A stretch of 64,000 nt of DNA from Eledone cirrhosa (Eukaryota): NCBI GenBank assembly GCA_964016885.1, contig OZ024748.1:26722001-26786000 (forward strand), given 5' to 3'. The number at the start of each line of letters is the position of its first letter. Within the stretch, counting starts at the first letter, position 1. Below the pieces are notes generated by a model. That model was not told where the DNA came from, did no database searches, and saw only the letters and a list, made by a program, of their open reading frames with translations. Position numbers and translations under genes: made by a program. Of the stretch, positions 54,046-64,000 are shown piece by piece.

Positions 54046-54735
54046 TTAATTTAAGGGCCACTACAGCACTAGAATTCCACTAACTAGTAACTCAAATTGA
54101 CTATTGACCTTAAAAGATGCAGGTTGGTTTTCTATGGGGAAAAGTGTGTCTTATAAGCCAGCAATATGGTAATTCTAAAATACCTTCTCTTGAATTTTGG
54201 AATCTTAGAATAAGGAACCTCCTGCTACATCTTATTCTCCCTCCTCTCCCTAAATATTTCTCTCCCTCTCCCTATATGTTTCTCTCCCCCTCTCCCTACA
54301 TATTTCTTTCCCCCTCTCCCTACATATTTCTCCCACTCTCTCCCTATACACCCATCTCACTCATTCTTTTTTCTTTCCAACCAGAAGAAAAGACATCAAT
54401 GTCCCCTTCTGTTTTGTTATATATAAGGATCACTTTGTTTTTAGGGCTCACTCTGATGTTTCAGATTTATCACCAAAACACAATTGGGACAAACAATAAA
54501 AGAAAGTTATGTGAAGTCTGGTCAGGGTACATGATACATGGGGGGGGGGTGCTGGTGGGGTGAGGGTGAGGCCTTGAGTAGAAATTTATTCCTCACAAGA
54601 TGAAAGGGGAAAGGGGGGGGAAGTCTTGCTCTTCTTTCTTTTGGGTATCCCCCTCCCCCATTGTACTTATAATTTAAGAGACAGAAGGTGCCTAGATGTT
54701 CTTTAATTTCCCAAGGGATATATATATACACACAT

Positions 54736-54788
<53 letters not shown>

Positions 54789-54858
54789 GAGAGAGAGAGA
54801 AAAGATAATGACAGAGAATGGTGAGAGAAATATAAAGAGAAACTGAGAAGGGGATATT

Positions 54859-54923
<65 letters not shown>

Positions 54924-55537
54924 TGAGAGAGAGAGAGAGAGAGGGAGGGAGGGAGAAAGGGGTCAGTTGACTTACAAGCAAGATTAAACACTTGAATTGT
55001 CTCTTTGATGTGACATCATTATTGCTTCAACATTATTCTTATGTTTTATAACTGTAAACTACCCCCCCCACTATTGTATACAGTTTATAACTGTATACAA
55101 CCCACTCCCCCTCTTTAAGAGACCCCCCCCCCACAAAAAAAAAAACTGTTAAGTGATAGTTCTTTGCACTTGTTATACAAAAAGCAGGAGTGGACACAGA
55201 GAGAAATGAAGAAATAAGGGAGGTGTGTCTTCAACAAGTGGTTGGGAGGAGGGGTTACAAGGGGTTGGATTTATAGATATTTTGTTAAGCTAGCATGGGT
55301 CAGGTTTGTTATTACACACACCCTTTTTACAGATGGTTGCACTTCCTGTCATTAAGCACCTAAACTGTGAAATATGAGTGGAACCACTGTCACAGTTGAG
55401 CAATATACAGAACCATGAAGTGGCAGACATTAGGGCCATCCAGTTGTGGAATGGAATATAGGATTTTAGCCACAATACAGTGCAACCCACCTGAAATCAT
55501 GCAAACATAGAAAATAGACTACTACTACTACTACTAC

Positions 55538-55568
<31 letters not shown>

Positions 55569-55600
55569 GGTGGTGGTGGTGGTGGTGGTGGTGATGGTGG

Positions 55601-55634
<34 letters not shown>

Positions 55635-56070
55635 GGTGATGGTGGTGGTGGTGGTGGTGGTGGTGGTGATGATGTCATACACACAAATATACAGCCTTGG
55701 GTTGGTACAGCTTTGGTAGAGCTTCAGATAAACTAGCATTGTGGTATTTGTTGGGACTCTTTACATTCTGAGTTCAAATTCCGAAAAGTTCAAATTTGCC
55801 TTTCATCTGACCAGGATAAAGTACCAGTGAAATACTGGAGTTGATTTAATCAACTTTGTCCTTTCCCCAGAAATGTTGTGGGCATTTTCCCTAAATTAGA
55901 TATCAATATATTTTTGAAAGAAAAGCTGTTTCTCTCTCAGTTACATTGCACATCCAATGAAGCATAGTTGCTTCATTTCTCTCCAGTTTATGCATGTTCT
56001 CTGCAGTCATTGGCTGTTTCACTACCATGCAGCATACAGGCATCATACGGTCATCCTTTTGTACTATATA

Positions 56071-56419
56071 TCATCATCATCATCATCATCATTTCATTTT
56101 ACGTCCACTTTTCCCTGCCTGCAAGGGTGGGACGGGAACTGATTCTGGCTTGATTTCTACAGCTGGATGCCCTTCCTAACACCAACCTCATTTACAGTGA
56201 GTGCTGGGTGCTTTTTTGCCGTGGCACCTCCACGACCACTTTGCAGTGGAATGATATGGACCCCAGTCCCTATCATCTCATTTCTACAGCTGAGTAAACT
56301 GGAGCAATGTGAAATAAAGTGTCTTGCTCAAGGAAACAACACATCACCCGGTCTGAGAATTGAACTCACAACCTTTCGATTGCAAGGCCAATGCTCTAAC
56401 CACTAAGCCATGTGCCCCC
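56071..56419 (-). mobile_element. Young tRNA-derived SINE with CORE-like domain and RTE-type tail
   Basis: Reverse complement of 61931-62274 with only a handful of differences. Confidence 0.9.
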
Positions 56420-56995
56420 ATATCAACACTAATAAATAGGAAAATCATATATATATATATACTAATTTAAGGTATCAGAACATTTATATTATGTAATATA
56501 CTTGTGTTTCTCAGTAGAAAAGCTTAATGGACATTTGTCCAGTGTCAATAATTCAAATTATGAGATACATGTATAGAGAGAGAGAGAGAGAGAGTTATAT
56601 ATCGTTTGAGAAAGACAGAATTTTGTACACACACAAAGCACATAATATTTAAGGAAAAACACGTACTTCAAGGTGGAAAAGGTTCTTTCTTTATGGTACC
56701 ATTTCATGATTCTAGGAACCATAACTAAAAATTGATCTAAGCAATCGATTATTGATCACCAACTATCGATTTTGGTAAAGTTATGGGATACACGAAACTT
56801 TGTGTGTACAAAATACTGTTTCACAACTGATATATGGCTCTCTCTCTCTCTCTATATATATATATATCTATAAATTTGAATTACATATATATATATATAT
56901 TGTAACTTCTCTACCTATTTATCATATATATTTTATTATTGATGTTATTGTTTTGATTATACGCTGTTTCAACTTGCCTTGAGCAAATTATTTTT

Positions 56996-57107
56996 GGATT
57001 CTGATGTGTTGGTCAGAGGTAAATAATGTAATGGAGATCGAGTGACGCAACTTCAAGCGATTAGCGACCTCTAGACACACCTGATCAATGAAACAATTGT
57101 CAATACC
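56996..57107 (+). ncRNA. Type I minimal hammerhead ribozyme motif with extended stem II
   Basis: Stem I GGATT/AAT(A)CC; core CTGATGT (A9>U); stem II GTTGGTCAG/CTGATCAAT; GAAA 57090-57093; palindromic stem III ACAATTGT; GTC cleavage triplet ending at 57101; AATAAA at 57111. Confidence 0.7.
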
Positions 57108-57179
57108 TGAAATAAAGCCCCTTATTGTACAGCCAACCATGTTACTCTTCATTCTTTCACTATTTATATATATATAGTT

Positions 57180-57695
57180 CCAGAGAGGGCTGTGATACGG
57201 TTAGTTTCACAGGCGCAGGTGAGGGCAGCTTGGATCAGGGTGGGGGGATATCCATGCTGGATGAAGCAGGAGGCCATGTGAAGGGACTGGGTCTTGAAAT
57301 CGTCATCCTGGCTACAGAGCCGATGAAGACTGAGGAATTAGGAGTAGGTATGGAGAGTTTGGTGTGGGCAAGATGATGGGAGGTGAAGTTGAGGTAAGAG
57401 TGGGAACCAGTAGGTTTATAGAAGATGGAGGAAGAGAGTGTGGAGAGGGTGGTCAATAAAGAGAGAGATGCCAAGAAAATGGATAGAAGACATGAAGACA
57501 GAGGTGGTGAAGGTGAGGGCAGGGTGGAAAGATTTGATAAAAGAAAGGAGTGGAGCTGTTCGTGGGAGAGAAAGGGGTGGCTCTGATACAATCGTTGATG
57601 TAATGACTGTATAGCTCAGGGGTTGGACCAGTGAACTGTGTGAAGATCATGGCCTCAACGTACCCAACAAACAAGTTGGCATAGTCAGAGTCCAT
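57180..57695 (-). mobile_element. Penelope-like element RT fragment
   Basis: MDSDYANLFVGYVE..YSHYINDCI (YIDD-equivalent) and SIFYKPTGSHSYLNFTSHH..TKLSIP (PLE thumb region), frameshifted. Confidence 0.85.
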
Positions 57696-57756
<61 letters not shown>

Positions 57757-58073
57757 ATAGAATTAGAATTTAGCTTCCATCATAGCTGTACACAAATATG
57801 TATTTGAATTTCGTATTTCTAAAGAAATACGGTATGTTTATAAATAAACATTCTGAAAGCTATAGCTATGAATATAACACTGGCGGTCAGCACTGCAGAG
57901 CGTTATTTGGCAGAAGCAAGGTGGACAACCGTTGATGCATTTTGAACCAGCTCTTGCCAGGATGGTCTTTCCCGCTTTCGCTACTGCCAGACTTTGAAAC
58001 AGGCGAAAATATATAAAATTATAAGGGAAGCTTGGCTAGTTGACTGCACCTTGCTCATAATGTGAGAACCATA

Positions 58074-58119
<46 letters not shown>

Positions 58120-58453
58120 CGTGTGTATATATATATATATCATCATCATCATTTAACTTCTATTTTCCGTGCTCGCATGGGTTAGACAAGCTGTCCCGTT
58201 GTGAGACAAGCCAGATTAGAGCACCGTGTTTTGCTCAGACAGAACTAATTTGGGCTTGATTTCTATGGCTAGATGCCCTTCATAACACCTACCACACTTA
58301 CAGTGAGTATTGAGCGCTCTTTGATATGATACCTACACAAACACTTTACAGTGTGGGCTGGGCATTTTTTGTCATGTCACCATATGTATGAATATGTATA
58401 TATGTATGCATATATATATATATACACACACATATATATATATGTACACACAT

Positions 58454-58936
<483 letters not shown>

Positions 58937-59040
58937 AGAATATTTATATTTATATATGTTTAATACAATTATAAATATGGAGGTTACTGGTATGACAAAA
59001 GGCTCAATGCAAATTTTTAAGTGTTTTACAGAGCCGAGAT

Positions 59041-59328
<288 letters not shown>

Positions 59329-60225
59329 GTTTGCATTAGAAAGGGTATCCAGCCATTGAAACCAAACCCAAAACAGTTCTGTACGAGCACCTGATCTTAT
59401 TTGTCTCAAATGGGACAACTCCTCTTGGATGTTAAATGATGATGATGATGATGATATATACGTATGTATGTGTATGTGTGTGTGTATACAAACAAACATA
59501 TACTAGTGTATGTGTATCAAAATGTTTGTAAGTTTGTCTATATTTACATTTTAAAATATAAAGCTACATTAGTGTGTGTATATGTGTGTGTGTGTATATG
59601 ATTGTTTGTGTGTGTGTGTATATCATATATCAAAATGGAAGCAGATTCCTTTTTTTTTTTATTTAAATCCACCATAGCCAATGAAACTTCTGGGTGGTCC
59701 GTCTGTCTAGAAATGGTTTGGCATGGAATATAAATTCTGACTGTGGACAAAATATCAACATCTGCCAAATCCTTCATTTTGTTGCTTATAAACTTATAAA
59801 CTTTCTACTTTTCTATTGCTCTTCTGTATAGAATAAAAACCACAATGAGGTTGTATGTGTGTGTGTATGAGTGTCTGTGTGTATGAGTGTCTGTGTGTAT
59901 GTGTGTGTATATGTGAGTGTGTATGCACTAGTGTGTTTACACTTGTTGCTTTTCACAGCGGGTGTCATAATTTAAAACTGTAGATATAACATTAAATTTA
60001 TCTTACACACATACATAGAGAAAGAGGGAGGGTGGGGCAGACAGAAACGGAGAGAGGGGGTAGACAGAGACAGAGAGAAACAGAGAGAGGAGGTAGGCAG
60101 AGGCTGAGACACAGAGAGAGAGGGGGGGGCAGACAGAGAAAGGAGAGTCAGATAGAGAGAAGGGGGCAGACAGAGAGAGAGAAAGAAATGCAACAGGTTG
60201 GAAGGAAGAAAGTATCTTCAAAGTG

Positions 60226-60446
60226 GACTAAGGTAGACCCCTCACTAAGGTAGACTCCCCCCACTAAAGGTAGACCCATCACTAAAGGTTGTCCCCTCAC
60301 TAAAGGTAGACCCGCCCACTAAGGTAGACCCCCCCCCACTAAAGATAGACCCATCACTAAAGGTTGTCCCCTCACTAAAGGTAGACCCCGACTAAAGATA
60401 CCCCCCTCCCCCCACTAAAGGTAGACCCCTCAGGCCCCTCACTAAA
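60226..60446. repeat. ~19-21 bp minisatellite (cactaaaggtagaccc)
   Basis: Direct reading, ~11 copies. Confidence 0.9.
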
Positions 60447-61930
60447 TGCCCCTAAGAGAAGAGGTGGGGGTGTTAACTCTTTTGGTACCGAATTACCCCC
60501 CCCACACACACACACTGGTTCTATAACACAAGACTGTTTACTTTAAAATGTTTATATTTATATGAAAACATTCCATCATAATTTGATGTAAGAAACTTTA
60601 TGTTAATATGAAATGCTGTTTCTTCTCCTCCTCTCCTCCTCCTTCTTCTCCCACATATTCCTGTAAGGGATGTAAGGACAGAGTCTTCAATCACACACTC
60701 CAGTGGTTCCTATCAGAAGCAACTGTCTACAACTGATTTGGCTGGATCCCTGGGTGAGACAAGCGGAGCTTATGGATGTTATCCAACTGTCCTGCTCAGG
60801 GTCTAAGAAATTTATGACAAACCTGCATTTAAATAATTAATGGAAATAGTGAAAAACTTAACAAGGGTTTAGAAAAATCAACAAGGGTTTAGAAAAATCA
60901 CCAAACTTTTTCATAATTAAAATGGTATTTGGAATATGACCTAACAAAAATTGTTACATAAAATTACAATGGAAGCCTTTTTTTAGCATGTTTCTAACAA
61001 TCAAGAATTTTGATAGATTTAGTAATATAACTGACTTTCTCGTTATGAAGCTGGTGTTTGGAACATAGCTTAATAAAGGTTCTTATATAAAATTATTATG
61101 AATGGTTCTTAGATAAATATATAACACTTTAAAATAAACAGTTTTACTTGTAGAATGAAAGGAGGTTTCAGGGCAGTTTGGTATCAAAAGGGTTAAATAT
61201 AAACAGTTTAAAATTAGAGATTTTTGTATTATGAAACCATAGGCAATCTCAGATTGGTTGGCATTGACAGGAAAAGGGTTAATTGATGCTAAAAAACAGA
61301 CAGCAGCTATGTGTGTGTGTTGTTTTGTTAAGTTTCTATTCATGTTAATCCTATTACAGGAAGGAATGTCTTAACACAGAGATTCATTGAGTAACCTGAC
61401 TTGGTTCTCAGCTTAACTTGCTTTCCTTTCTTTTATCTCTTGTGTGTGTGTGTGTGTGTGTACAAAAGTTTATGCATGTATATATAATATATATAAAACA
61501 TTATTAGAATGATGTTTCACTTCTCCATATGGTATACAGGATTTTGTGTATATATGTGTGTGAGTGTATATACATGCATATATATGTATCTGTGTGTGTA
61601 TATACATAGAAATGAATAAATATATATAAAGAATGATGTGCTCATGTGGAGAGATGCTATAAAATAGCTTATAAAATAAGGTGAGGACTCTTAAAGACGG
61701 AAAACAAAGTTGCCATTGGCCGCTATATGTATTTATATATGTATATATATTGTTAGGAAGGGTGTCCAGCTGTAAAAACAGCCAAAATATAGTTCTGTTA
61801 ACGCAAGGTACAGCACAACCAACTGGCCAGACTTGTCTCATAATGTGGACGATCCGTCTACCCATGCAAGCATGGAAAAATAGACACTAAAGGATGATGA
61901 TGATGATGATATATATATATATATATATAT

Positions 61931-62271
61931 GGAGGCACATGGCTTAGTGGTTAGAGCATTGGCCTTGCAATCGAAAGGTTGTGAGTTCAATTCTCAGACC
62001 GGGTGATGTGTTGTTTCCTTGAGCAAGACACTTTATTTCACATTGCTCCAGTTTACTCAGCTGTAGAAATGAGATGATAGGACTGGGGTCCCTATCATTC
62101 CACTGTAAAGTGGTCGTGGAGGTGCCACGGCAAAAAAACACCCAGCACTCACTGTAAAATGAGGTTGGTGTTAGGAAGGGCATCCAGCTGTAGAAATCAA
62201 GCCACCATCAGTTCCCGTCCCACCCTTGCAAGCAGGGAAAAGTGGACGTAAAATGAAATGATGATGATGAT

Positions 62272-62274
<3 letters not shown>
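61931..62274 (+). mobile_element. Young full-length tRNA-derived SINE with CORE-like domain and RTE-type tail
   Basis: A box TGGCTTAGTGG, B box GAGTTCAATTC, ccttgagcaagacactt core, tail ggaagggcatccagctgtagaaa..ggacgtaaaatgaaatgatgatg shared with the RTE LINE 3' UTR. Confidence 0.92.
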
Positions 62275-62306
<32 letters not shown>

Positions 62307-62637
62307 ACATACATATGATGATGATCATCATTGTTTTTCTGAGTAAATATATGAATACATATAGTAGCCGATGGCAACTTTGTTTTCTGTCTTTAAGAGT
62401 CTTAACCATGTAACTCTCATCAATTTAATACACATTTTAATACTGAAAAATGTTCTTATATATATATATGTTGCTTTGTATTGGAGGGGAGAGAAACTTT
62501 TTTTTTTTAAAATAAATTGCTTCATTTATATTTTTACTCATCTTTTCTTGAAATAAGATGAAATGTTGGCAGACGTCTGTGGTGGTGGTGGTGGTGGTGG
62601 TGGAATTGGAAATACATTCAACTATACATACATACAT

Positions 62638-62684
<47 letters not shown>

Positions 62685-62709
62685 TATATTATATATATTA
62701 TATATTATA

Positions 62710-62748
<39 letters not shown>

Positions 62749-63007
62749 TACATATGTGTGGGTGTGGATACACATACATTACACACACACACACATATAT
62801 ATATAAACACATTTACCAGTTATGTGAGAAAGTATGAACAAGTTGAAAGAGATTAAAAAAGAAAAGTTATTTTAAAATGTTAGCCTAAGGGATGGAAACT
62901 GGATTATCATTATTATTATTATTATTATTATTACTATTATCTGTTTAAAGTTGGTGGAATTTGTTTGTGGTTTAGAGATGTTTGCTAACTAACCGCCCCC
63001 CCCCCCT

Positions 63008-63091
<84 letters not shown>

Positions 63092-64000
63092 CACACACAC
63101 ACACTTCATATTCCATCAGACTGTTTTGGCCTTAGGAAGGCCATGAGAAATTTACAGATACTCTTGCCAAATATCTGATTGAACCAGACTCCAAAAAACT
63201 ATTGTTTGTTGATATTGAGGTGTTAATCTGAAAGGGGAAAGTCAATTAAATCGACCCCAGTATGTTACTGATACTTTATTTTAGCAACCCTGTAAGGATG
63301 AAAGGCAAAGCTAACCTTGGTGGGATTTCAACTCAAAATGTAAAGGGACATAACTATATGTCCCAAAGCCTGTTGTCCCACGCTCTACCAATTACTGCCA
63401 ATTGACTGCCTGTGAATGTTTATACATTTGGCATAAGTCCAGCAATTTAAAGGAAAAGGGAAAGTTGATTAAACTGACCTCAATGTATTACTGGTACTTT
63501 ATTTTATTGAGCCCTGAAAAGATTTCAAGTGGAAATGGAAAGAACCAGAAAATATCCCAAACTACATTGGGGTTTTTTCATGGGAAAACTGAACAGGAGA
63601 ATTGGTTAACATTAGTCCTTGATATACTATGTCTCCTAAACAAAATAAAAGACTGGATAGTCACGACTGGAATGTCTTTGATCCTATATCTGTTCAATTT
63701 GAGCTGACTTAGAGATAAACAACTAGGCTTCAAAATAAGACAAAAAGAAAATGGAAACCTCAATATGGTTATACTGCTGTTATGTACTGTTCAAGAATAT
63801 GTGGCTAATAATGTGGTTTCATGTGGTACAGGACATTAAGAGTTAATAAAGGAAGAACGTATTGGAAAGATGAGATGGTCATGGCTGAAATGCTTTTTGA
63901 TCATAGGTCTACATGAGCAGGGCTGACCTGGGGCTATACAACAACAACAACTAGATTTGGAACAAACCAACAAGAAAGTATTTGCGTGGTCACTTAATAT

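Noticed and set aside
59660-59780. Possible downstream coding exon
   Set aside because: The phase-1 continuation hits a stop after ~18 codons and there is no convincing donor; unsupported.
61931-62010. tRNA gene
   Set aside because: A and B boxes are present but there is no closing acceptor stem. The sequence continues into SINE core and tail, and a second copy exists at 56071-56419.

Overview
Eukaryotic, AT-rich, microsatellite-saturated DNA with no long host-gene ORF. The SINE/RTE repertoire resembles an octopod (coleoid cephalopod) genome; this is an inference from repeat types only. The window holds decayed non-LTR retroelements of several clades (RTE-type x4 families, Tx1/L1-type, R4/Dong, CRE, Penelope-like), many tRNA-derived SINEs, DNA-transposon MITEs and several satellites. 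Two ~2.7 kb arrays grew inside a SINE and inside a hAT MITE. One short exon-like segment (42978-43098) suggests the window is mostly intron of an unidentified + strand gene. The most unusual signal is a set of minimal hammerhead-ribozyme (HHR) motifs of the Penelope type (56996-57107, 59085-59130, decayed 46488-46522) together with four long fold-back palindromes, two of which fold at or next to a HHR-like core. Nearly all long ORFs in the supplied track are repeat artefacts.
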